Source of the DNA: Raja brachyura
Lineage: Eukaryota
NCBI GenBank assembly: GCA_963514005.1
Contig: OY740783.1
Span: forward strand, 53,506,001-53,570,000
DNA: 64,000 nt
Direction: 5' to 3'
Below, piece by piece: positions 50,711 to 62,980 of this stretch (position 1 is the first letter of the stretch; each line of letters starts with the position of its first letter). The notes beneath the pieces were generated by a model. The model was not told the origin of the DNA. It did not search any database and saw only the letters and a list, made by a program, of their open reading frames with translations. The translations under genes were made by a program, and so were the position numbers.

Positions 50711-51317
50711 GGTCCCCTTCATAATTTTATAAACCTGCATAAGGTGCTCCTCAGGCTTTATTTCTTCAAGGAAAAAATACACAGTCTGTCCAGCCTCTCA
50801 GTACAGTTCAAATCCTCTAGTGCTGCGCTAGTGCTGTGGAACTACTCTGCAGGGGTTGGGAGACCCTAGTGCGTTGAGGGACTGGGCTCTGTGGGGTGAG
50901 TCCTGGCTGGGCTCATCCTACGTCTCACCAGGTTCAAGGCCTGTGCGCTTTAATGAACCCGCTATGGTGAGTAGCGAGAATTCTCGTGCCGTAGGTGGGT
51001 CGCCAGGAGGTCCAAGTGGGTTGCCAGGAGGTCAAAGGTTCTCGTATGTTCTCGTAGATTCTAGCCGGTGCTGACCGGTGAATTTCATCGAGTCATTGGG
51101 AAAAAAAACCATATGTAGTCATTTTCAGAACCAAGTATAACCGACTGGTAATGTTAAATGTCCGCCGAGCTTCACAGCCGTGTATCTCTGACTTCTTAAA
51201 AGTGTCTCCACTCCTTCACCCTCCTTCTCCCCCCTCTCACACCCCCTCTCTTAAAAGACACTGTACACCGTGCTTTAGCTGTCTTAATTACAGTGTCAAC
51301 CTTCCATTTTTAAAATC

Positions 51318-51537
51318 TTCAATCTATACACAATACCCCATAATAAAAAAGCGAAAACAGGTCTTTAGAAATGTTTGCAAAACCTGTTTCTAAACACCTG
51401 TTTACGCTGTTATATTATGAGGTATTGTGTGTAGATCGATAATTTAAAAAAAGAATTTGATCCATTTTAGAATAAGGCTGTAACGTAACAAAATGTGGGA
51501 AAAGTGAAGGGGTCTGAATACTTTCCGAATGCATTGT
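51318..51537. mobile_element. Collapsed Tc1-like transposon (partial left TIR fused to right TIR)
   Basis: Right end ..aaaatgtgggaaaagtgaaggggtctgaatactttccgaatgcattg|TA. Inner TIR segments cacaataccccataat..gcgaaaacagg and cctgtttacgc..attatgaggtattgtg are inverted to each other. Confidence 0.8.
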
Positions 51538-51719
51538 ATCCATATTCATGACCACTCAGAATTCAACACGTTCATTCAATTAGCTTCTTAGCCTTTGAAA
51601 CTCGAGAAGACACAAACCTAGCCTATCTATCCCTCACATTTCCTTCCTTCCCACACATTCCAGGTATTGGTCAATTGAACAATCACTGAATTGCATCAAA
51701 CTAATTTACATCCTCATGG

Positions 51720-51930
51720 AGAAACAAGGAACTGTAAGTGCTGATTTACAAAAGAAAGACACAAAATGCTGGAGTAACTCAGCAGGTCAAGAGAACATGG
51801 ATAGGTTATCATTTTGGGTCAGGACCCTTCTTCAGACTGGAAAAGGGCCCGGACCAGAAACATCACATCCACATTCGCCAATAACGCTGCCTGAGCCGCT
51901 GAGTGACTCCAGGACTTTGTGTCTTTTTTT
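51720..51930. mobile_element. Foldback Penelope pseudo-LTR-derived insertion
   Basis: Inverted arms around a cccttcttcagac..gaaacatc core. TSD acatcctcatg / acatcctcgtg. Confidence 0.7.
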
Positions 51931-53614
51931 CACATCCTCGTGAAGCGTTGTTCACCAAACAGTAATACCAACTGTCAGCAGGCTAGAGTGAGTGCTTCAA
52001 ATTCAGGGGAAGTTAAGTTAGAATGAAAGATTATGTGCTAATAAAATGACAAAGAGGGCAGAGGAAGATGCCTGGCTGAAATGAAAAAAGCCCAAACTGA
52101 TTAATCATTTTCAAACTGATTCCTGGCAGGTGTCAGAGACTTAAAGGCAAACATTTCTTGGCAAAGCTTGAGAACTCACTGTACCATATCCACTTCACAC
52201 CGGACCTAAGTGACCTGATCACGGATTCTTTGTCTGGAATTTATAGATACAGTCTAAAATAAGTGAAATTCAGGCTCGAATGCCAACCCACAATCAGAAT
52301 AAGCTGTTTGGTGAACAAAACATCATGAGGATGTAAAGAAAAGATCCAAAGTTCTGGAGTAACTCTACAGTAATGTATCTAGTGTGATATAGGTTGTCTT
52401 TTTGATTTAACAGCAACTTTTGCAATTTGATATTGCCCTATGTTTTTTTCAGGGTTAACAGGGGCAATTAAATTAATAAGTTAATCACTGCCAAAGGTTT
52501 GATCGATTATTGACCTGTTGTGAATGAAAGAGGCAATTGTGACGATTTTGATCCTTATAATAAACAGTAATTTTTTTAATTACTTATGGGATGGAAGGGC
52601 TTGTTGGTGGTTTGTGAAAATCACATGCTCTGAAAATTACTGCTGTCTGCTGATAACGATTAAGTTTGATGATCAGATAATGTTATAGAGTTGCTCGGTA
52701 AAAACAACAGTTTTCTCACTGTTCTTATAGTCTGAATTTGCAGGACTTTGGATAATTGCTTAATTTCTTGCCAAACAGCTTTCTCCTCTCCTGAAATACC
52801 ATTATTCTGCTCATTTTCTTCACAGTTGTGAGAGCTTATTGCTTTTGGCGATGTTGTTGATAGTTGCACTCACTATGATGATATTCCTCACCTCTCACAG
52901 ACACTAACATGGTTCTCACTCAGATCTTAACCCGCCCCCTCATCCCAAGTGAAACATTGTTGCTTTTCATCTCCTCAAAGAGACAGCAGTACTGATCCTT
53001 TCTCACAAAACACAAAGGTTTTCTCTTGCTATGTCTCTCTCTCACACACACGTATATTGAATATTTGTCCCCTCTCTCACACAGGGAACCTAACGCTATT
53101 ACCTTTCCCACACTGTTTCCTCTTACGGAAGACAATGAGCTTCAAACATTGTCTCTTGGAGGTCAATTATATTACGTTCATGTTGCTTAAAATGCAAGAT
53201 GTGGGAAAAAGAGTAAAATGGCAATCACATTTTAATGTAAAATATTATACGTGTCAAGATGCAGAAAACATACTTATGTTTCAAAGTATACCGTTACGTC
53301 AGTGGGCTAGATTTGATTGAAATTAATAGTCATATCTGAATGATGCTTTTCTTGTTAATATGCAGACCCGTCAACAATGTATGGTGAGGATATAATACCC
53401 GATGGTCCAAATTGATACAAGATGTTCTCAGTTTCTGCCACTTTAGCAGAGCCAATGTATTAATCTCCCCTTGATTTTCATGCTTGTAAATATCAAGTTG
53501 TTTTATATTTATTTCCCTTTAAATGTGTAATTGAATTAGTACTGTGAGTTAGACAGCATTTCTGGAGGACATGGACAGGTGATGTTTCGGATTGAGACCC
53601 ATCTTCGAACAAAG

Positions 53615-54175
53615 TTAAAGAAGGAACTGCAGATGCTGGAGAATCGAGGGTTACACAAAAAGCTGGAGAAACTCAGCGGGTGCAGCAGCATCTAAGGAGC
53701 GAAGGAGATAGGCGACGTTTCGGGTCGAGACCCTTCTTCAGACTGGTCAGGGATCAGGGAAACGAGAGATATAAACAGTGATGTGGAGAGATAAGGAACA
53801 ATGAGTGAAAGATATGCAAAAAAGTATTGGTGACAAAGGAAGCAGGCCATTGTAAGCTGTTTGTGGTGTGAAAATGAGAAGCTAGTGCGACTGGGGGGGG
53901 GGGGGGGGGAGGGGAGATGGAGAAGGAATGTCAGGGCCAGAGGGGTGACAAAGGAAGCAGGCCATTGTAAGCTGTTTGTGGTGTGAAAATGAGAAGCTAG
54001 TGCGACGGTGGGGGGGGGGGGGGGGGGGGGGGGGAGATGGAGAAGGAATGTCAGGGCCAGAGGGGTGACAAAGGAAGCAGGCCATTGTAAGGTGACAAAG
54101 GAAGCAGGCCATTGTAAGGTGACAAAGGAAGCAGGCCATTGTAAGGTGACAAAGGAAGCAGGCCATTGTAAGGTG
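53615..54175 (-). mobile_element. Young Penelope pseudo-LTR with intact hammerhead (53714-53741) and internal tandem duplications
   Basis: Nearly identical to 21083-21370. A ~115-120 bp duplication and the 27 bp unit ggtgacaaaggaagcaggccattgtaa (at least 4 copies) run into the gap. Confidence 0.85.
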
Positions 54176-54375
54176 NNNNNNNNNNNNNNNNNNNNNNNNN
54201 NNNNNNNNNNNNNNNNNNNNNNNNNNNNNNNNNNNNNNNNNNNNNNNNNNNNNNNNNNNNNNNNNNNNNNNNNNNNNNNNNNNNNNNNNNNNNNNNNNNN
54301 NNNNNNNNNNNNNNNNNNNNNNNNNNNNNNNNNNNNNNNNNNNNNNNNNNNNNNNNNNNNNNNNNNNNNNNNNNN
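54176..54375. other. Assembly gap (200 N)
   Basis: Run of N. Confidence 1.
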
Positions 54376-57069
54376 TTTTTATTCAACATTGTTTCCTTAC
54401 TTGTTATTTCCAAAGATTTTCCCACTGCCACCCTTTTCCTGTTTCTTATCTCTATCTCTCCTACTATTTACATTTTAGATTGCATTCATCCACTCTAATG
54501 TAGTCTTAGTTCATAAGCTGTAGGAGTAGAGTTAGGCCATTTGATCCATCATGTCTACTCCACCATTCAATCGTGGCTGATCTATCTTTCCCTCTCAACC
54601 CCATTTCCTGCCTTCCCCCCATATCCCCTGACACCCGTACTAATCAAGAATTTGTTCATCTCTGCCTTATGTCTCTGCATTGACTTAGCCTCCACAGCCT
54701 CCACAGCTAAAGTCTTCTTAGCTTTTCGCCCATATGGTCAACATAACAACAAATGACTGCAGATGCTGGAAATCTTAAATTAAAACAAAGGTTGGAAGCA
54801 CTGAGCAGGTCAGGCAGTATTGAGGAAGTGAGAAGCAGGGTTAACTAGTGGCATCATGCTTGTCGGGCTTCGTTCTTACTCTCTTGTGTGAACCCTCTGA
54901 CTGTTCTAACATTATGCTACCCACAGTTGTTAAGATCCTGCCAGTGTCACTGTCTCAGTTGCTCCATAATGGGGACTGAGCCATAAGCATGGGCCATAGG
55001 CTACAGAAAGTAAAGCCTTTCCCATAGTCCACCCTGATTCTTAGAAATGTTTGGAAATATTAAACAAAGTCTTTAAATAATTAAAAAAATAAAGTTATAT
55101 AAAAGACAAATTGCTGTTATTAATTAAGAAAAACAAAAGAAAACAGAAGCAGGAGTAAGCCACTCAGCCCTACAATCCACCCCTGCCATTCCACCTGATC
55201 ATGGCAAACTGCCCCGGGCTTTATGTCCCCCTTTGTATCAGTTCCCATGGCCTTCAATCTTTCCAAAATGTATCTCCTTCATCTTTGTGATTTAGCCTTT
55301 ACAATCCTCTGGGGAAAGAATTCCAAAGATTCATCACCCTCTACAAGAGGAAGTTTCTATGCATCTCAGTTTTAAATGACGGGCCCTCATCTTCATGTCG
55401 TCACCTTCAAAGTTCTCCTACTTGTGGAAGCGTCTCAACATCTCAACATTTTATTTGCTCTATTTTGCGTGTCCTGACTGGAGTGGCAAATTGCAAAACA
55501 GCTGCTGTGATTAAGGTATAAAAAAGTATGGATTGAAAAAAAGCCTTTTCTTTCCATTGTCTTCATTTCAGAATAATGACAATCATTTTGCTTCTCCATT
55601 GTCACACAGAGTCAATAATTCAAATGTGGGTGTTCAAGTGCCACAATTACATGTTTCGACAAAGGGCTTTCAATCTTTCCACATTCCTTGGCTTGCCAAT
55701 TCATTTTGATCTTGATGATGTTTCCTATAAAGAGAATAGCACTTTCTCAATACCTTTATAAATATTATATGTTTGAATTAAGAATTTATGGAAGGTTTCT
55801 GTTGTATCAGAAAATTATTACCTTATTAAAATTAGGCCTGAATTTTGTTCAAACAACAACAACAGTTTTGTTAAGGTAGGCTTCATAGAAGAACTCCTTG
55901 TTCTTACTGTTATATTGTTTAATGAACAAAATGTTTCTGGATGTTGCTGCATTATGTCATAATTGGCACAAGAAGTACACCAAAGAATGCTGCAAACTGG
56001 ATATTTGACTTTTTTTCTATTCGCTCGGAGAGGAATTTCAAAATATCTCATGTTGAATATGGCAGCGCAAAGTTTCATGCTGTAAAATTCTGGAAGAACA
56101 TACAGCTTCATATTGAGCATTACGGTTGGCAACAAGATCAGGGCCCATATACTTATTTTCATAACATTCTTACACCTATAATAGGAAACATTTAAAAATT
56201 ATAAGTGCGTGCAAACCTCAACTTTCAACTCCCTAACCCCTGCAATGTCACAATGAGAATAGCTGGTGAGCAGCTTTAATAGATGCATTTAACGACGCTC
56301 TTACTAGTATTAAGGAAAACCCGTAAATCTATCTGTTATGTCAGAATTCAAAAGCTGATCCATCACTTTACTCTCTCCCCATGCACTTGCATGTTGCTGA
56401 CTTAATTAGTGATCTACTCCCATTGCATATTCCTCTGATTTAAATATTGATCTACCCTTATTATACAAAGGTAGAACTAGCAATGGAAACTGAGCATCTT
56501 GAGTATGTTCCTCCATTCAACAGTTATTAGTGTGCATACTTGGTCCCTGAATACTTTGCTCCTCAACAGCATTGAACTTTTCATGATTTAGAGAATATTT
56601 CTTTTTTCCTGGGATCTAGAGAATCTCGCTTCTCCTACATTAAACTTGAAACAGCTTTGCCTACTTACATAGTTAACTTCTGGTCATATCTGATTTGCAA
56701 TGATTCCCACCTTAGTGCCAACTCAAATGTCACCATATTGCCTTCTTTCCAGTTAATGGTAAAAACTTGAAGAGTTCCAGTACATATCATGGAGTCACTG
56801 CCCCCTGCCTTATACTACCGGCTATCCTCACTCCCTGTTAAAGCATTACTAAAATCATTATATAATTAAAACATTCTATCCTCATCAACTTCATCCAATC
56901 AATTTCCACACCATGCCTAAAAATATGTCCATAAAATCATGGAACTATAGAAAATATTCAATACATGCAGAAGGTATTTGGTCCATCATCTCAATGCCAG
57001 CCTAATCTTGCTTCCCAGCGATTGTACTCCTGAAAGTCATGGCTCTTCAAGTACATATGGCTTCAAGGC

Positions 57070-57418
57070 TGCTAAGGAAGGTTAGATCACATGGGATCCA
57101 AGGAGGGATAGCTCAATTGATAGCAAATTGGCTCCATGGAAGGAAGTAGAGGGTGATGGTGGAAGATTGCTTCTCGGACTGGAGGCATATGGCTAGTGGG
57201 GTGATTCAAGGTTTGGTGTTGGGCCTGTTACTGTTTGTCATCTACATCAATGATTTTGATGAGAGCATACAGGGCAAGATTAACAAGTTTGCAGATGATA
57301 CAAAAGTGGGTGGTTTTGTAGATAGTGAAGATGGTTGTGAAAGATTGCAGCAGGATCTGGATCAATTGGCTAGGTGGGCTGAGGAACGGTTGATGGAATT
57401 TAATACAGAGAAGTGCTA
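57070..57418 (+). mobile_element. CR1 RT fragment
   Basis: SGVIQGLVLGLLLFVIYIND..KFADDTK. Confidence 0.85.
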
Positions 57419-58144
57419 ATATCCATGTAGACTTCATCAAACTCATTATCTTCATTAACTTTCCCTGTGACAACCTCAAAACATTCAATCATTAGTTAGG
57501 CACACTCTTCCCTTAAAATGTAATTGCTGGTGATTTCTGATTGATTTGTGCTTTTCCAAATGAAAGTTGTTACAGTCCTAAGGATGGATTCCAATAATTT
57601 ATAAACATCAAAATTAAACTAACTGGCCAATTAGTGAGTGAAATTTTATATGTTTTCTCGCTTTTGTTCGTCGAGCAATAAAAGTGAATCCCACTGTTCT
57701 GGGCTCTTCTAAAAGCCCAGTGTCTTTCCTAGATTTAAATATTTATTTACTCCCTTCATACAAGATGCAATGGCTTTGGATTTAATTCTCCCATTTTTTA
57801 GTAAATTATCTTGGATTGTTTTCTCTGAAATGCCAGAGATTTAGGGAAGACGACAGAAGTATATATTATGAGAGGCATTGATAGGGTACAGAATGAAAAT
57901 CTTTTTCCAATGGTGGAAATATCAAATACTAGAGGGTATAGCTTTAAGATAAGAGTGACAAAGTTTAAAATAGATGTGTGTGGCAGGTATTTTACACCGA
58001 GGATGGTGAGTAGCTGTAACACACTGCCAGGGGTGGTGGTGGAGACTTTTAGGTAGGTGCATGGTTTACACAGTGAATAGAGGGATATGGATTGTGTACA
58101 GGCAGGTAAAAATTGGTTTTGGCATCATGTTTGGCACAGATATC

Positions 58145-58565
58145 AAGTCAGGATTGTTTTATTATCATATGTCCCGGATCGGACAAGGAAATTCTTACTT
58201 GCTGCATCACAACAGAATATGTGAATATGCAAACATAGTACGTAACGGGGGAAGAGACAAAAAGTTCAATAATTAACAAATATAGTGCAGTAATAATATA
58301 GTCTTTTGCAGTTTAGAGCTCAGAGCTTATTTGTTGTTGTGTTTAATAGCTTGTTGGCTGTAGGGAAGAAGTTGTTCCTGAACCTGGACGTTACAGTTTT
58401 CAGGCTCCTGTACCTTCTTCCCGATGGCAATGGTGAAATGAGTGTGTGGCCAGGATCGTGTGGGTCTTTGATGATTTTGGCTGCCTTTTTGAGGCAGTGA
58501 CTACGATAGATCCCTTCGACGGTGGGGAAGTCAAAGCCGGTGATGCACTGGGCAGTGATCACAAC
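58145..58565 (-). mobile_element. Rex/Babar LINE 3' end nested in a CR1 3' end (~57820-58630)
   Basis: CLKKAAKIIKDPHDPGHTLISPLPSGRRYRSLKTVTSRFRNNFFPTA. Confidence 0.85.
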
Positions 58566-59971
58566 CCTTTTGTAATTTATCATGGGCTGAATGGCCTGTT
58601 CCTGTGCTGTACTGTTTTATGTTCTATCAATCGACTATGTTGATATTGAACATTATTTCTTACCGATAATGATCAGGAATTATCTTGGAGATGCGTTATG
58701 CCATTTACTTAATTACTGTAACTGATGGAAGGGTGCTTAGAACTGTCCTTTGAATCCTAGCCATGGAAGAACAATGTGCTTCATTGCAATTTGCCGACAA
58801 TGCTTAAATAAATAATCCCTTTACATTTAATGAAAGCAATGTGTTTTATGGTCATAATGGCCAGTTGGATGCCATGTGTTAAAATAAATAACGTCACAGC
58901 TTTGAAATATGTTTACAGCAAAGAAGGCATCAGTAAACATTGAATCATTTTAAAGATTTGGCAATCAAAATTATATCAAAACTGATAGAGGAAGACAGAG
59001 TTTGAAGTGGTGTCTGAATTGGCATTCGCTGAATCCTTTCACTCTAGTGTGTTAAAATCTGGTCACATATTGTGCTTTGATCTCCTTATGCCACTGTGTT
59101 ATTAATGCTCTGCTTTGGTAGTTGATAGTAAATAGTCTCTTTTTTTCTACCATGGTTTGTACTGGATGTACTGTGATTTTCCCATGTTCTAGCAACCTCT
59201 GTTAAAGTAGTCTCATTTTGTGATTTTGTTTACCTTGGAATGGGATGTTAACCATCGTGAAGGCTATTGTTGGGAAGTCGCTTTGTAAATTATCTGGGGG
59301 AGAAATGTTTCCCTCCAAGGTTGCTTGTAATCTAGAACATCTGGTAGGTAATTGAGGCTCTAGCCCTTTGACTAAGAACCGACATCTGGGAATGCTTCAA
59401 AGGTCTTACTGAAGTCCACATCAACTACATATGACTAGGAAATTGTTGTGAAGGTAAACACAATTCCTATGGTTTTTCCAAAATGTTGTTGCCAAAGATG
59501 ACTGGTTATTTGGAATTGCAAATAAGAGGCAGAGAGACAGCAGACCATCAAGAAAAGTGGTAGGGTTTATTAAAATAGCTTGTATTGGAGAAAGGAAGAA
59601 CTTCAAAGTGAACTTACCTTTTATAGGCTTATAGGCACGTAAGGAAGTTTCCAAATTTTATTAAAATTTTAAATATCTATTTATCACAAAAAATCTGATT
59701 AATGTTCACCAATGAAAATTGCAATTGGTTCAGTGCAATATATCTTTCTCATTTTCAATGATTTCAAGTGAACAAAGTGGAGCAGGAGAACCAGGTGTTC
59801 AAAACTACTTCATTTGCAAGAAACCAGTTTTCAACAGCTTTAATAAAGATCCTTTAGTTTACAAATTTTAAATACATCATTTATTATTTTGATGCAAGGA
59901 AGTAAGATTTAGGTTTATTATTATTATTATTATGTGTACCAAGATACCATGAAATTTTTTTACGGTTGTGC

Positions 59972-60360
59972 TGGGGTCGGAGATTACAACCTTCACGTGG
60001 TCCACCCTGTTTCGATTAATGCAATCAACTCGACGTGCACAAACAAATAGATCAAATAGAACAAGTTGACCTACAACTTTAGGCTGTGCACACCATATGC
60101 AAGAATAAGATCTTATATCTGAACACAATCAGGCAAAATACAAATACAACCGGTAGATCGAATAGAAAAATACCATATTGCAAAATATAGCTTCTCAGCA
60201 TAGTAGCATAACAGTTACAGAGAGGGGTGGAAGATTGCTACCTTCACGTGGTTCGCCCTGTTTCGACTAATGCAATCAACTCGACGTGCACAAACGGAAG
60301 ATCAAATAGAACAAGTTGTCCAACAACTTTAGGCTGTGCACGCCACACGAAAGAAGAAGT
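59972..60360 (+). repeat. Two copies of a ~135 bp SINE-like element (~59972-60110 and ~60222-60358)
   Basis: Shared ccttcacgtggt..ccctgtttcga.taatgcaatcaactcgacgtgcacaaac..aactttaggctgtgcac, ending in an AAG-rich tail. Confidence 0.8.
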
Positions 60361-62552
60361 TCCAGAGAAAACATTCCATATCTTCAATGAGGTAGGTTGG
60401 AAAAATAAGAACAGCATTCCACCTAATGTAAGGACTGTTCAGAAGTCTGACAACAGAGAGGAAGAAGCTGTTCCTGACTCAGATGTTTTCAAGCTTTTGT
60501 AATTTCTGCTCGACGGGAGTGGGGAGAAGAAGCAATGACCAGGACGGCAAAGGTCCTAGATTATGTTGGCTGCCTTCCTGAGGCAACGTGAAGTATAGAT
60601 TGAGTCAATGGTGGGGAGTCTAGTTTGTGTGAGTTATCAAGGTTTCATGTCCTAACTGATTGCACTGGTTTTGTGGTTGCTTTTGTGTTTTTTTAATGGA
60701 AAATTAATCCAAAACTTCCAATTAGAGCAATCTCTGATAAATGGGGAAAAAAACTCATATTTGCTTACTATTATTCATTGCATGGGACAAGGTAATGGCA
60801 AATGTAACTCTCCTCTAAATATTCAGTTGGATTAAATACAATCGAAACAAAAATGCGCTAACGGACAATACTGTACTGATCTGGCCAATACTTTTCATTC
60901 TAACCTATTTCACTCAGGCTCATACCAATTTAAAAAATAAATTAAAATATCATGGTCTGAATTTTTTTATTTATTCAAAATTACTGGAATTAAAATAGCT
61001 TTGGAATTGGCTATATAGTCAGTGGGAACAATTGCATGTGATGATTGAAATCTAAAAAAATTGAAAGATTAAAGTTGCAGAAGAAGTACATTCCGTACTA
61101 TTTGTGAACTATGAAGGTGATGAGTTCCAATTTCGTGAATTGGCTGCAGTATCTGTTCACAAAATGGGCGACAGAAATATAAAACATATAAGGCCTCTAG
61201 GCTATGTTGACTGTTTCCCTTTCCATGGGCATGAGATTGTTTGGAAAGCAAAACAATCTAATGAAAGCTGAGGGAAGAGGAGAGCAATTATTGTCAAAAT
61301 TATAATGTCAATGCCGACTACTCATGCAATTAGTAACATCTCCCGGCAGTAGCTTCACTTCCCTCCACATAAAAAGATGCATTTCAGCATCAAAAGAATA
61401 CTACCTGCAGAGTATAACATGATAACATGGGACTGCAGATGCTGGCTTAAAAAATATATATACAAAGTTCTGGGGTAACTCAGTGGTTCAGGCAGTATCG
61501 CCGGAGAACATGGACAGGGTCAGGGTCGGGACACATTTTCGTTTCAGTTCAGAACCCTTCTTCTGAAGAAGTGACCTGACCTAAAATGCCACCTATCCAT
61601 GTTCTTCAGGGATGCTGCCTGATCTGCTGAGTTATTCCAGAACTTTGTGTTTTAATTTTAATTGTTGTTTTCAGGGAAGCTTTCTGGTCTGTGTTCAACT
61701 TTTCATTGGCAAAGTGATAATTTATGAAAATGCAAAATTATTTGTTTTGAAATATTGCACAATTTTACATGTTATGTTTGATGTCATTATGTTTATACTA
61801 TAATTTCAAATATTATCCAGAAATCTTCTTGATTGATGTTTCCCCCTTTGCACTCGTCGGTCAAGATATTAGATCATGTGGCATTTGTCGTGTACTTGAG
61901 CAGAAAGCACTGAAGATCATTTTCACTTTAAATTGTGGCAGATTTAAAGCTGGACCGGGCACTTCTATGCACTATTGATGTTATTGTGTCGGATATTTTC
62001 CCAGTGTAAGGTTTGCATCAAGTGATGTCATCACACTTGTAATGCCCAATTTTAACTGTAGAACACTGTTTCCTTTATCATCCATTATTTATTTTGCATA
62101 TCTTTTATTCATTGTTCTTTATCTCTCTACATCATCGTCTACATCTTCTACGTACCCTATCCTGGGCTTTAGGCTCTTCATATCTGAAGCTGATGGGCTA
62201 CCTGGCCCCTCCAGCACATTGGACCTCGCTCCTGACTTGCGGTTCATTGTCAAAATGCTCATCTCCACAGCTAACAAAGTGTGTGTTACACTGCAGTGGC
62301 TGCTGCAGTAACAGAGATAGAGATAGAAACAGAGACAGTAACCAGAGATAGATAGGTTTTTGATTAGTACATGTGTCCGAGGTTATGGGGAGAAGATTCA
62401 AGAGAGTTTATTGTCATGTGTCCCTGATAGGACAATGAAATTCTTGCTTTGCTTCAGCACAACAGAACATAGTAGGCAATGACTACAGAACAGATCAGTG
62501 TGTCCATATACCATTATATAAATATACACACACGAATAAATAAACTGATAAA

Positions 62553-62980
62553 GGGGGGGATCTTATAGAAACTTACAAAATTCTTAAGGGGTTGGACAGG
62601 CTAGACGCAGGAAGATTGTTCCTGATGTTGGGGAAGTCCAGAACAAGGGGTCACAGTCTAAGGATAAGGGGGAAGTAATTTAGGACCGAGTTGAGAAAAA
62701 CATTTTTCACACAGAGAGTGGTGAATCTGTGGAATTCTCTGCCACAGAAGGTAGTTGAGGCCAGTTCATTGGCTATATTTAAGAGGGAGTTAGATGTGGT
62801 CCTTGTGGCTAAAGGGATCAGGGGGTATGGAGAGAAGGCAGGTACAGGATACTGAGTTGGATGATCAGCCATGATCATATTAAATGGCGGTGCAGGCTCG
62901 AAGGGCCGAATAGAAACATAGAAACATAGAAAATAGGTGCAGGAGAATGGCCTACTCCTGCACCTATTTTCTATGTTTCT
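62553..62980 (+). mobile_element. Young CR1 3' end inserted in a Rex/Babar 3' end (~62395-63100, minus)
   Basis: GDLIETYKILKGLDRL-encoding DNA and a 3' UTR. Apparent TSD taaag. Confidence 0.85.

Noticed and set aside
54063-54175. 27 bp direct repeats as a CRISPR array
   Set aside because: No spacers and no cas genes; a tandem repeat derived from a Penelope pseudo-LTR.
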